NCBI GenBank assembly: GCA_024234215.1
Contig: JACKOQ010000001.1
Location: 335,753 to 399,752, forward strand
Source: Pseudomonadales bacterium
Lineage (GTDB): Bacteria > Pseudomonadota > Gammaproteobacteria > Pseudomonadales > UBA5862
Direction of reading: 5' to 3'
DNA length: 64,000 bases
The notes beneath the pieces were generated by a model. It saw nothing but the letters and a program-made list of their open reading frames with translations. It ran no database searches and was not told where the DNA came from. The translations under genes were made by a program, and so were the position numbers. Position 1 is the stretch's first letter, and every line of letters begins with the position of its first letter. Positions 38,194-51,192 of this stretch are shown piece by piece.

Positions 38194-39674
38194 GCAGCGA
38201 TCCAGAAGACCGCGGCGAAGAGGGCACCGACCAGCAGGCTGGTGCGATCCTTGATTGCAAACAGCACCGGATCCTCATGCATCTGGCCGCGGTGGGCGAG
38301 CATCCAGGTGCGGGTGACCCAGTAGAGCAGCAGCGGGCAGGCCAGCCAGATCAGCTGGGGATGCTGGTAGAGGGCTGCGGTCGTCTGATCCTGGGTGTAG
38401 AGCGCCAGCACCATCACCGAGAGATAGCCGGAGGCAGCGCCCAGTGCCGAGACCATCTCCAGATCGGCCGGGTAGTAGCCGCGCCCCGGGGTCAGTTCGC
38501 TCTTGCCCTTGAGGCGGGAGTCGCGCAGTTCGGTGTAGCGCTTGACCAGCGCCAGGCTGAGGAACAGGAACATCGAGAAGGCCAGCATCCAGAAGGTCAG
38601 CGTGACCCCGAAGGCGAAGGTGCCGGCGATGACCCGCAGCGTGTAGAGCGCGGCCAGCACGATGACATCGACCCCCATGTAGCGCTTCAGCAGCAGTGAG
38701 TAGGAGAGGGTCAGGCCGTAGTAGCAGAGCAGCGCCAGCACGAACTGCTGCGGCAGCAGCCAGGCCGCGCCGGCGAACGCGGTCAGCGTCAGCAGCGGAA
38801 ACAGCAGCAGCACCGACTTGATCGGGACCGCGCCGCTGGCCAGCGGACGATGGCGCTTGCGGTGGTGCTGGCGGTCATCCTGCAGATCGAGCAGGTCGTT
38901 GAGCAGATAGACGCTGGAAGCACAGAGACCAAACAGCACAAAGGCCAGCAGGCCATTCAGCAACATGGCGGCATCGCCGAGCTTGTGGGCGGCCAGCAGC
39001 GGGACGAACAGCAGTGCGTTCTTCGCCCACTGGTGCAGGCGCAACTGTTGGCTCCAGTCACGCCAGGGGTTGCCGGCTGTGCGCAGCACCTGCTCGACGT
39101 TGCCCTGCCGTCTGGCCGCGGCTTCGACACCGCGCTCCGGGTTGGCCAGGTGGGCGCGCTGGGCCGCCTCCCACACCTTCAGGTCATCGCGCGAGTTGCC
39201 GAGGTAGTCGAACCCCTGCTCGCCATGGTGTTGCACCAGCAGGTCACGCTTGTGGTGGGCCGACAGATTGACCTCGCCCTCGGTGGCCAGCACCTGCTCG
39301 AACAGGCCGAGGTGCTCCGCGATCGCCTCGGCATAGTGGCGGTGGCTGGCGGTCGCCAGAATCAGGCGGCGGCCAGCGGCGTGCTCCTGTTGCAGAAATT
39401 CGAGCACCTGCGGGTCGTAGGGCAGTGCGGCCACCTCGATCGGCGCCATGGCCGCCAGCCGCTGCTTGAGTGCGGCCTTGCCCTGCAGCAGCCAGAGCAG
39501 TGGCATGAAGGCTTGCAGCGGATGGTGGCGGGCGAATGCGCAGGCAGACTCGACCAGCAGGTCGGAGCGCAGCAGCGTGCCGTCGAGGTCGACCGCCAGC
39601 GGCGGCAGCGCCGGGGCGCTGCTGTCAGCGGCTGGATGGTGGTCTGTCTGGGCTTGCTGCTTGGCTGATTTCAT
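38190..39674 (-). CDS. HAD-phosphatase :: UbiA-family polyprenyl-phosphate phosphoribosyltransferase fusion (Rv3806c-like C-terminal domain)
   Basis: 494 aa. N-terminal HAD motif I AVDLDGTLL and later GNSRDD. C-terminal UbiA motifs NDLLDLQDDRQH and KRHRPLASG, with about 8 TM segments. GGAAGGAA RBS upstream. Confidence 0.8.
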   Translation of the reverse strand: MKSAKQQAQTDHHPAADSSAPALPPLAVDLDGTLLRSDLLVESACAFARHHPLQAFMPLLWLLQGKAALKQRLAAMAPIEVAALPYDPQVLEFLQQEHAAGRRLILATASHRHYAEAIAEHLGLFEQVLATEGEVNLSAHHKRDLLVQHHGEQGFDYLGNSRDDLKVWEAAQRAHLANPERGVEAAARRQGNVEQVLRTAGNPWRDWSQQLRLHQWAKNALLFVPLLAAHKLGDAAMLLNGLLAFVLFGLCASSVYLLNDLLDLQDDRQHHRKRHRPLASGAVPIKSVLLLFPLLTLTAFAGAAWLLPQQFVLALLCYYGLTLSYSLLLKRYMGVDVIVLAALYTLRVIAGTFAFGVTLTFWMLAFSMFLFLSLALVKRYTELRDSRLKGKSELTPGRGYYPADLEMVSALGAASGYLSVMVLALYTQDQTTAALYQHPQLIWLACPLLLYWVTRTWMLAHRGQMHEDPVLFAIKDRTSLLVGALFAAVFWIAA

Positions 39675-39855
39675 GGTGCAGAGTTCCTTCCTGTCCGATT
39701 TTCACTCTTCAACGTGCTCATGTCGTCACTGTCAGTTCAACGATTTGACCAAGCAGCGGGTGACGGGAAGCAGCGAAGCTTAACAATTCCGTGTAACGAT
39801 TTCATGCCAACAATCAGAAAAAGCATGATTTTCCGCCGGCGGAGGCGGTGGGTGA

Positions 39856-40593
39856 TCATCGCTGTGCGTCACCCGCTGGAGTGATCGACTCAAGCCTGGC
39901 CAGCGCAGCGGGCAGTTCACCCAGATGGTGAATGGTCGCGCTGGGGGGTGTGCCGCCGGGCCAGTCGCTGGCGGTGTGGTTGACCCAGATGGTGTGGATG
40001 CCGAGCCGCTGCGCCCCGTCGATGTCATGCTGGGGGTGGTCACCCACATGCACCATCTGCGCCGGACTGCATCGGATGGCGTCGAGCGCGGCCCGGAACA
40101 GCGCCGGGTCGGGCTTGCCGACCCCCAGCATCTCGGCACTGAAGCCGAAGTCGAAGTAGCGGTCGAGCCCCAGGCGGCGGATGTCGGCGTTGCCATTGGT
40201 GAGGGCGCCGAGGCGGTAACGCCGCGCCAGCAGTTCGAGCATCTCCAGCGCATCGGCGTGGTAACGCACCTGGTGGCGCGCCTGCAGGAACTGCTCGAAG
40301 GCGGCTTCGGTAATCTGCTGTGCGCGCTCGGCGTCGAGGCCCAGATCGCGCAGCGTCGTTGCGATGACCCGCCGCCGCAGCTCGCTGACCCGATGGATCA
40401 GCGCCGGCTCCGCCGCCAGCAGCAGCGCGCGCTGCTGGCGCAGGATGCCCGAGCGCAATGTGTCGCCGAGCGCGGGCAGTTGCTGTTGCAGAGCGCGCTG
40501 CATGGCCGCTTCGGCCTCGATCAGCACCGGCGTGCTCTCCCACAGGGTGTCGTCGAGGTCGAAGGTGACCAGCTTCAGCCGGGGCGGCGTCAT
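39856..40593 (-). CDS. yigB: HAD-IA family hydrolase (YigB-like)
   Basis: ORF 39856..40932 trimmed to MTPPRLKLVTFDLDDTLW (DxDxT). ...VGKPDPALF...HVGDHPQHDIDGA. ATGA overlap with the xerC stop. Synteny dapF-yigA-xerC-yigB as in E. coli. Confidence 0.8.
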   Translation of the reverse strand: MTPPRLKLVTFDLDDTLWESTPVLIEAEAAMQRALQQQLPALGDTLRSGILRQQRALLLAAEPALIHRVSELRRRVIATTLRDLGLDAERAQQITEAAFEQFLQARHQVRYHADALEMLELLARRYRLGALTNGNADIRRLGLDRYFDFGFSAEMLGVGKPDPALFRAALDAIRCSPAQMVHVGDHPQHDIDGAQRLGIHTIWVNHTASDWPGGTPPSATIHHLGELPAALARLESITPAGDAQR

Positions 40594-41492
40594 GGCACAC
40601 TCTTGCCGCGCCGTCGGGCGCGGGGGTGGGCGGCATCGTAGCTGGCGGCCAGATGCTGGAAATCGAGGTGGGTGTAGATCTGGGTGGTGCTGATGTCGCG
40701 GTGGCCGAGCAGCTCCTGCACCGCCCGCAGGTCGCCGCTCGACTCCAGCAGGTGGGTGGCGAAGGAGTGGCGCAGCCGGTGGGGGTGGAGCCGACTGGTC
40801 AGCCCCTGCTCGACGCCGCGCCTGTGCATCATCGCCTGGACGGTGCGCGGATGGATGCGCTGGCCGCGCCGGCTGATGAAGAGCGCCGGCTCGCGGTCGT
40901 CGGCCAACCGCGCTCCCCGCACGGTCAGCCACTGGCGCAATGCCGTTGCGGCGGCGCGGCCAAAGGGCACCAGCCGCTGCTTGCGTCCCTTGCCGGTGAC
41001 GGTCACCAGCCGTTCATTCAGATCGAGGTCGGCGCAGTTCAGGCTGGTCAGTTCGGCCAGCCGCAGGCCGGCGCCGTAGCAGAGTTCAAGCAGCGCGCGG
41101 TCGCGCCGGATCAGCCACGCCTCGCCCTTCAGTTCGACCAGTTGCACCGCCTCCTCGACCGGCAACGGACGCGGCAGCCGGGTCCGGCTGCCCGGCAGGC
41201 GCACGCCGAGCACCGGGTTGTCGCCGACCACCCCTTCGCGCAGCAGAAAGCGAAAGAAGCTGCGCAGTGCGGAAAGGGCGCGCTGGATCGACCGGCCGCC
41301 GAGGCCGTGGCGCCGCAGTTCGCTGGCGAACAGCCGGATCTGCGGCTGATCGATGTCGGCAAGCTGGAGCTGCCGCTCGCCGGCAAAGCGGGCGAAGCGC
41401 GTCAGCTCATGGCGGTAGGCCGCAAGGGTGTGGTTCGACAGCGCACGCTGCTGCTGCAGTTGGCGCAGGAAGTGGTCGATCTGCGCGTCCAT
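40590..41492 (-). CDS. xerC: tyrosine recombinase XerC
   Basis: HRLRHSFATHLLESSGDLRAVQELLGHRDISTTQIYTHL. 300 aa. Confidence 0.9.
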   Translation of the reverse strand: MDAQIDHFLRQLQQQRALSNHTLAAYRHELTRFARFAGERQLQLADIDQPQIRLFASELRRHGLGGRSIQRALSALRSFFRFLLREGVVGDNPVLGVRLPGSRTRLPRPLPVEEAVQLVELKGEAWLIRRDRALLELCYGAGLRLAELTSLNCADLDLNERLVTVTGKGRKQRLVPFGRAAATALRQWLTVRGARLADDREPALFISRRGQRIHPRTVQAMMHRRGVEQGLTSRLHPHRLRHSFATHLLESSGDLRAVQELLGHRDISTTQIYTHLDFQHLAASYDAAHPRARRRGKSVP

Positions 41493-41506
41493 CGGGGCGG
41501 CCCGCT

Positions 41507-42223
41507 TCAGGCGGCGCTCTTGAGCAGCCGCTCGATCACCCGGCCGATGACCTCGCCCAAGTGGCTGATGAACAGGGTGCCCATGCCGGCGCGGTAGTGG
41601 TCACGGTCGGCATGGCCCAGCGCCAGCACGGCCTGGACCGGACCGCGCTGGATCGGCAGCAGCACCGCAGAACCGACGCCGCTGCCCTCGCTGCCGAAGA
41701 GTGCCGCCAGCTCCTCGTCACGGAACAGGCCAAGACTGGCGCAGCGGTTGGCCAGCACCGCCTCGACGCGCCGCTCGGCCTCCGCGCTGGCCGGAGTGTG
41801 GAAGCCGAGCGCGGCGGCCGCCGTCCCCGGTGTCGCCACCAGCAGGCTGAGCGCGCAGTTGCCCAGCTCGCCGATCAGCGCACGGCGCAGCAGCAGATTG
41901 ATTTCGCTGCCATGCGCGGCGTCGAGCAGTTGCAGGCTGAGGGTCTGGGTCAGCGTGATCAGCCGGTCATTCTGTTCGGCGCGGCCCATCAGCAGTGCCA
42001 GCTCGTGACGCGTGCTCTGCAGCCGTTCGCGCAGGATGCCGAGCTGGCGCTCGACCAGCGAGATGGCGCCAGCTTGGGGAGAAGGAAAGTACATCTCGGC
42101 CAGCAGCGGTTCGTGGCGACCGAAGAAGTCGCGGTGCAGATGGAGGTAGGCGGCCACCTCTGCCTCGCTGGGGGCACTGGTCTCACCGTGGCTGTTGCCA
42201 CCGGCCTGTCCGGAAATTGTCAT
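41507..42223 (-). CDS. DUF484-family protein (YigA)
   Basis: [13 protein letters not shown]...[19 protein letters not shown] 42223 overlaps the dapF stop as ATGA (alternative ATG at 42235). Confidence 0.8.
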   Translation of the reverse strand: MTISGQAGGNSHGETSAPSEAEVAAYLHLHRDFFGRHEPLLAEMYFPSPQAGAISLVERQLGILRERLQSTRHELALLMGRAEQNDRLITLTQTLSLQLLDAAHGSEINLLLRRALIGELGNCALSLLVATPGTAAAALGFHTPASAEAERRVEAVLANRCASLGLFRDEELAALFGSEGSGVGSAVLLPIQRGPVQAVLALGHADRDHYRAGMGTLFISHLGEVIGRVIERLLKSAA

Positions 42224-43050
42224 AGCTGAATCCAACCTTCGTAAACCCGTGTTGCCGGCCCGCTCATCCAGACATGCGCGCCATTGCCGGCCCAGCGGAT
42301 CAACAGCTCGCCACCGGTCAGTCTGACCGTGACCTGCCCATCGAGCTGCCCCCGGCGCATGCCGATCACCGCAGCGGCACAGGCGCCGGTCCCGCAGGCC
42401 AGCGTCTCGCCGGCACCGCGCTCATGGACCCGCAGCTTGATGGTGGTGCGATCGACGATCTGCATGAAGCCGACATTGACCCCCTTGGGAAAGCGCGGGT
42501 GGCTGCCGATGGCCGGACCCAGCGTGGTCACGGGCGCCCGTTCGACATCGTCGACCACCAGCACGGCATGGGGGTTGCCCATCGACACCGCGCCGATCTC
42601 GAGGGTCTGGCCGGCCACCTCGAGCGGATAGTGCAGCGCTTCGGCCTCAGCCTGGAACGGCAGCGCCTTGGGGCTGAAATCGGGCGCACCCATGTCGACG
42701 GTGACCGAACCGTCGCGCTCCAGCAGCAGTTCGAGCAGGCCGCCGCGCGTCTCGACGGTGATCCGCTCCTTCCACGACAGCCGCTGGTCGCGCACGAAGC
42801 GGGCAAAACAGCGGGCGCCGTTGCCGCACTGCTCCACCTCGCCGCCATCGGCATTGAAGATGCGGTACTTGAAGTCGATGCCGGGGTCGGTGGGGGGTTC
42901 GACCAGCAGCAGTTGATCGAAACCGACGCCAAAGTGGCGGTCGGCCAGTTGCCGGATCTGGGTCGGTGTCAGCACCGCCTGTTGGGTGACCAGGTCGACC
43001 ACCATGAAGTCGTTGCCGGCACCCTGCATCTTGGTGAATCGCAACCGCAT
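42220..43050 (-). CDS. dapF: diaminopimelate epimerase
   Basis: [19 protein letters not shown], the catalytic Cys pair CGNGARC and ACGTGACA. Confidence 0.95.
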   Translation of the reverse strand: MRLRFTKMQGAGNDFMVVDLVTQQAVLTPTQIRQLADRHFGVGFDQLLLVEPPTDPGIDFKYRIFNADGGEVEQCGNGARCFARFVRDQRLSWKERITVETRGGLLELLLERDGSVTVDMGAPDFSPKALPFQAEAEALHYPLEVAGQTLEIGAVSMGNPHAVLVVDDVERAPVTTLGPAIGSHPRFPKGVNVGFMQIVDRTTIKLRVHERGAGETLACGTGACAAAVIGMRRGQLDGQVTVRLTGGELLIRWAGNGAHVWMSGPATRVYEGWIQL

Positions 43051-43098
43051 CGGAATCCCTTGATCAGTGTCTGTTCCTGTGTCGGGAAAAGCGCCCGC

Positions 43099-44346
43099 TC
43101 AGGGCAGCAGCCGCTCGTCGGCGTAGAGGCTGGCCAGGGTCTCGCGCGGGCGGACCAGATGCATCTGGGTGCCACTCACCATCACCTCGGCAGGCCGACC
43201 CCGGCTGTTGTAATTGGAGGCCATGACGAAGCCATAGGCGCCTGCCGAGCGGATCGCCAGCAGGTCGCCCGCCTCGATGTCGAGCAGACGCGCCTTGGCG
43301 AGAAAATCACCGCTTTCGCAGACCGGGCCGACCACTTCGTACTCCACCGGCTCGCCGCCACGGCGGGTCACCTCGCAGACTGCCTGCCAGGCATTGTATA
43401 GAGTGGGTCGCAGCAAATCATTCATCGCCGCGTCGATGATCGCAAAGCGCTTGACGCTGCTTTGCTTGAGATATTCGACCCGGCTCAGCAGCAGACCGGC
43501 GTTGGCGACGATGGCGCGGCCCGGCTCCAGCACCAGTTCGAGCCCGGTTCCGGCCAGCCGCCGGCTGAGCGCGGTGATGTATTGGGCCGGTGTCGGTGGC
43601 GTCTCGTCGCGGTAGCGCACGCCGAGTCCGCCGCCCAGGTCGAGGTGCCTGATCTCGATGCCTTGGGCACGCAGCTGGTCGATCAGCTCGAGCATTCGTT
43701 CGAGCGCGACCAGAAAGGGCTCGATCTCGGTGAGCTGTGAGCCGATGTGGCAATCGACGCCGACCACCTCGAGATGGGGCGATGCGGCCGCGCGCCCGTA
43801 GAGCGCCAGCGCATCGGCGAATTCGATGCCGAACTTGTTCTCCTTGCGGCCAGTGGCGATGTAGGCATGGGTGCGGGCATCGACATCGGGATTGACCCGG
43901 ATCGAGATCGGCGCGCGCTGGCCATGTGCCCGGGCGACCGCTTCGAGGCGGTCGAGCTCCGGAATCGACTCGACATTGAAGCAGCGCACCCCCACCTCGA
44001 GCGCCCGTGCCATCTCGTCGGCGCGCTTGCCGACGCCGGAGAAGATCACCCGGGCCGGATCGCCGCCGGCCGCCAGCACCCGCTCCAGTTCGCCGACCGA
44101 GACGATGTCGAAGCCGGCGCCCAGCCGCGCCAGCAGGTTGAGCACCGCCAGATTGGAGTTGGCCTTGACCGCATAGCAGAGCAGATGGGGCTGGCCCTGC
44201 AGCGGCTGCTCGAAGGCCAGATAGTTCTGCTCGATGGCGGCGCGGGAGTAGACATAGCAGGGGGTGCCGAACTCGGCGGCAATCTGCTCGAGCGGCACAT
44301 CCTCGGCATGCAGCCGGCCCTGACGGTAACCGAAGGGGTCGATCAT
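43099..44346 (-). CDS. lysA: diaminopimelate decarboxylase
   Basis: 415 aa. YAVKANSNLAVLNLL (PLP Lys), HIGSQ and CESGDFL. Confidence 0.95.
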   Translation of the reverse strand: MIDPFGYRQGRLHAEDVPLEQIAAEFGTPCYVYSRAAIEQNYLAFEQPLQGQPHLLCYAVKANSNLAVLNLLARLGAGFDIVSVGELERVLAAGGDPARVIFSGVGKRADEMARALEVGVRCFNVESIPELDRLEAVARAHGQRAPISIRVNPDVDARTHAYIATGRKENKFGIEFADALALYGRAAASPHLEVVGVDCHIGSQLTEIEPFLVALERMLELIDQLRAQGIEIRHLDLGGGLGVRYRDETPPTPAQYITALSRRLAGTGLELVLEPGRAIVANAGLLLSRVEYLKQSSVKRFAIIDAAMNDLLRPTLYNAWQAVCEVTRRGGEPVEYEVVGPVCESGDFLAKARLLDIEAGDLLAIRSAGAYGFVMASNYNSRGRPAEVMVSGTQMHLVRPRETLASLYADERLLP

Positions 44347-44495
44347 GATGGATTCCGCAGCGGGGATGGCGGCGTGCTGGCTGCCGGCGCGGATTGATCG
44401 CCAGTCGGCGGCGGCAGATAGAGCGGCCCGCGCTGGCCACAGCCGGCCAGGCAGCAGAGGGTCACACAGAGCAGCAGGAGTCGTCGTGGCATCAT
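44343..44495 (-). CDS. lptM: small lipoprotein LptM (YifL family)
   Basis: MMPRRLLLLCVTLCCLAGCGQRGPLYLPPP (lipobox plus the GQ[KR]GPLY signature). ATGA overlap with the lysA start. Confidence 0.8.
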   Translation of the reverse strand: MMPRRLLLLCVTLCCLAGCGQRGPLYLPPPTGDQSAPAASTPPSPLRNPS

Positions 44496-44693
44496 CGGTT
44501 CCGGTCGCAACGGCAGGCCGGCAGTATAGCGGTCGGGGCCGGCCAAACCTACACAGCGGCGTGAGTTGAACTGGATTGCCGCTGAGCGTGCAAGCCGTTA
44601 CCGTAGGGGCTGGCTTGACAGGTGCGCCACGCGGGCGTCGTGTTTTGCATCCGCCAGCAGCACCACTGCGGAATTGATGCGTAGGGAAATCTC

Positions 44694-44879
44694 ATGTCGA
44701 ACGTGAAAGAGAAAATGGCGGAGGTCATCCAATCGCAGCCGGAGGATGCCACCTATGAAGAGATCATGCGCGAACTGCTGTTCGAGGGAATGGTGGAACG
44801 GGGTCTCGAAGACGCCCGTCACGGCAGAGTGATGACCCAGGATGAGCTGGAGCAACGGATTCGCACATGGCAGAAATAG
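44694..44879 (+). CDS. putative type II antitoxin (partner of ParE/RelE toxin)
   Basis: 61 aa, 13-nt overlap with the toxin gene. C-terminal RGLEDARHGRVMTQDELEQRI resembles the small antitoxins found next to ParE-type toxins. Family not firmly recognised. Confidence 0.6.
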   Translation: MSNVKEKMAEVIQSQPEDATYEEIMRELLFEGMVERGLEDARHGRVMTQDELEQRIRTWQK

Positions 44880-45169
44880 TCTGGACCGAGGAAGCCGGAC
44901 GTTGGCTTCGTGACATCCATGACTACATTGCAGTGGATAACCCGGTGGCGGCATCGAAAGTCATGGCGGGCATCATTGAGCGGGCACAAGTGCTGCGGCA
45001 CTTTCCCGAAATTGGCCACCGATATCGAGTCGAACCCGAAGGAGAGATCAGAATCCTGCTGTATGGCCATTATCGAATCGTCTATCTGCGGCGGCCATCG
45101 CCATCGCAACTGATCGACATTTTGGGTGTCTTTCACGGCGCATTGGATCTGGCAAGGTATCTACCATGA
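44867..45169 (+). CDS. type II toxin-antitoxin system RelE/ParE-family toxin
   Basis: 100 aa. IVWTEEAGRWLRDIHDYIAVDNPVAASKVMAGIIERAQVLRHFPEIGHRY...YRIVYLRR...IDILGVFHGALD, a typical ParE/RelE layout. Confidence 0.8.
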   Translation: MAEIVWTEEAGRWLRDIHDYIAVDNPVAASKVMAGIIERAQVLRHFPEIGHRYRVEPEGEIRILLYGHYRIVYLRRPSPSQLIDILGVFHGALDLARYLP

Positions 45170-45185
45170 GGGCCGGCGTGTTGTT

Positions 45186-45646
45186 GACGCGCACGAGACG
45201 CGCGATTCCGTATTTGCCGCCCTTGGCGTCAAGACCAAATATGGCGCATCGACCACCTGGATCGGCAAATTGCTTCCCCGTCTCAATGCGGAGCAGACGG
45301 GCGTGGGGTCGGCTTCTATTTCCGCAACGTGACCGAGCTGATTCTGTTCGGCGTGCGGGGCAAGGGTACCCGGACGCTCGCGCCGGGACGGCGACAGGTC
45401 AACTTTCTGGCCACGATGAAGCGCGAGCACAGCCGCAAGCCGGACGAGGCCTATGACATCATCGAAGCCTGCTCTCCTGGCCCCTGGCTCGAGATGTTCG
45501 CACGCGGCAGCCGCACGGGTTGGACCACCTGGGGCCAGCAGGCGGACGATTACTTTCCGACCTGGGAAACCTATGCCAACCACAGCCAGGTGGGCCGCGA
45601 CGAGACGAGCGCTCGGGCGACGGCCGATGGCGCAACGTCGCTGTAG
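45186..45646 (+). pseudogene. MT-A70-family N6-adenine DNA methyltransferase remnant (5'-truncated, frameshifted)
   Basis: The frame of ORF 45329..45646 extended upstream reads [82 protein letters not shown] (conserved C-terminal MT-A70 blocks). A possible upstream block (ALGVKTKYGASTTWIGK) lies in a different frame. No DPPW/Y catalytic motif is present in any frame. Confidence 0.7.
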
Positions 45647-45729
45647 GCCGCCGCAGGCAACGGTGCTGCGCACCGACATGCCTCGGCGTCGGCGATTTTC
45701 ATTTCGCGCCACCCGGCGAAACCTTCACC

Positions 45730-49830
<4,101 letters not shown>

Positions 49831-49842
49831 GCCGGCGGTTTC

Positions 49843-51192
49843 TCAGTGCGTCCCGTTGGCGGCGACGCCCTGCAGTTCGAGGTTGTGCTGCAACAGGTGG
49901 CGAATCTGCGCGGTGCTGTTTCGCTTCAGAAAGTAGACCGGGATGCCGGTCGCCTGCACCATCCGCAACAGCCGCTGATCCTCCACCTGCTCGCGCAGCG
50001 CCAGAATCAGGTTGGCACGCTCGACCCGCCGCACGGTGCGGGCATGCAGCCGCAGATCGCGCAGCACCCGCTCGATGAGGTCGCGGTCGACGCCGTAGGG
50101 GTAGATCATCAACGGATGGCCGCTGCTGACCAGCGGCGGGGTCTGACTGCTCGGCGTCAGCCGGCGTCGCCGCGGCAACAGCGACTGAACGACGCCAGAT
50201 TCGCCATCCGCTGGTTCGGCCGCCGCGTCGCCGCAATGCAGCACCGGCGGTGACTCGCCGCGCAGCAGTGCATCGACCGAGCCGTTGCTGTCGGCATGGA
50301 TCAGCAGTTCATCCTGGCTGATCAGCTCCACCACGCAGTCGAAGGTGGCGGGCCCCTTGCGCTCGAGAATGGTCTTCTGCGTGCCGCGCAGCCGTGCCAT
50401 CTCATCGCCCAGCGTCACCGTCTGCACCCCGCCGATCAGGTCGCAGAGGGTCGGATTGGCCAGCAGGTTGGCCAGCGTGTTGCCATGGGCGGTGCCGATC
50501 AGCTGCACGCCGCGCTCGGCGATCGTGCGTGCCGCCAGCACATCGGCGGCGGTGCCGATCTCATCGATGATGATCACCTCCGGCATGTGGTTCTCGACCG
50601 CCTCGACCATCACCGCATGCTGCTTCTCGGGGGTCGGCACCTGGATGCGCCGGGCGCAGCCGATGGCCGGATGCGGAATGTCGCCGTCGCCGCCGATCTC
50701 GTTGGAGGTGTCGACCACCATCACCCGCCGACCCAGCTCATCGGCGAGAAAGCGGGCCACTTCGCGCAGCCGGGTGGTCTTGCCGACGCCGGGGCGACCC
50801 AGCAGCAACAGGCTGGCGCCGCGTTCGACCAGGTCGCGCAGCGGGCCGATGGTGCCGATCACCGCCCGTCCCACCCGCAGCGTCAGGCCGACGATCTCAC
50901 CGCGGCGATTGCGCAGGGCCGACAGCCGGTGCAGCGTGCCCTCGATGCCGGCACGGTTGTCCTGGCCGAAGGGGCCGATCCGGCCGACGATCTGCTGCAA
51001 CTGGTCATGGCTGATCGGCTCGCTGCCGAGCATCACCGCACCATCGCGCAGTCGCGCCTGCGGCACCCGGCCCAGGTCGAGCACGATCTCCAGCAGTTGT
51101 TCGCGTGGCAGGAGGGAGAGGGCATGCTGCAATGGCAGTGGCAGCAGGGAGAAGAGCAGGCCGATGTCGTCGTGCGGATGAGCCGGGGTCAT
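49843..51192 (-). CDS. SpoIIIAA/Ycf45-like AAA ATPase
   Basis: 449 aa. Walker A GRPGVGKTTRLRE, Walker B IIIDEIGT, AHGNTLANLLANP. The C-terminal ~90 aa (LMIYPYGVDRD...GIPVYFLKRNSTAQI) resembles the Ycf45 tail as I recall it. Confidence 0.7.
   Translation of the reverse strand: MTPAHPHDDIGLLFSLLPLPLQHALSLLPREQLLEIVLDLGRVPQARLRDGAVMLGSEPISHDQLQQIVGRIGPFGQDNRAGIEGTLHRLSALRNRRGEIVGLTLRVGRAVIGTIGPLRDLVERGASLLLLGRPGVGKTTRLREVARFLADELGRRVMVVDTSNEIGGDGDIPHPAIGCARRIQVPTPEKQHAVMVEAVENHMPEVIIIDEIGTAADVLAARTIAERGVQLIGTAHGNTLANLLANPTLCDLIGGVQTVTLGDEMARLRGTQKTILERKGPATFDCVVELISQDELLIHADSNGSVDALLRGESPPVLHCGDAAAEPADGESGVVQSLLPRRRRLTPSSQTPPLVSSGHPLMIYPYGVDRDLIERVLRDLRLHARTVRRVERANLILALREQVEDQRLLRMVQATGIPVYFLKRNSTAQIRHLLQHNLELQGVAANGTH

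Noticed and set aside
39790-39810. TGGCAT on the minus strand upstream of the DPA-like operon, considered as a sigma-54 -24 element
   Set aside because: No GC (-12) element lies at the required 10-nt spacing. The A+T-rich 39675-39855 region probably holds the promoter, but I could not pinpoint it.
45520-45729. N-terminal extension of the lhr ORF
   Set aside because: It overlaps the MT-A70 remnant and has no similarity to Lhr. The Lhr N-terminus aligns from the Met at 45730.
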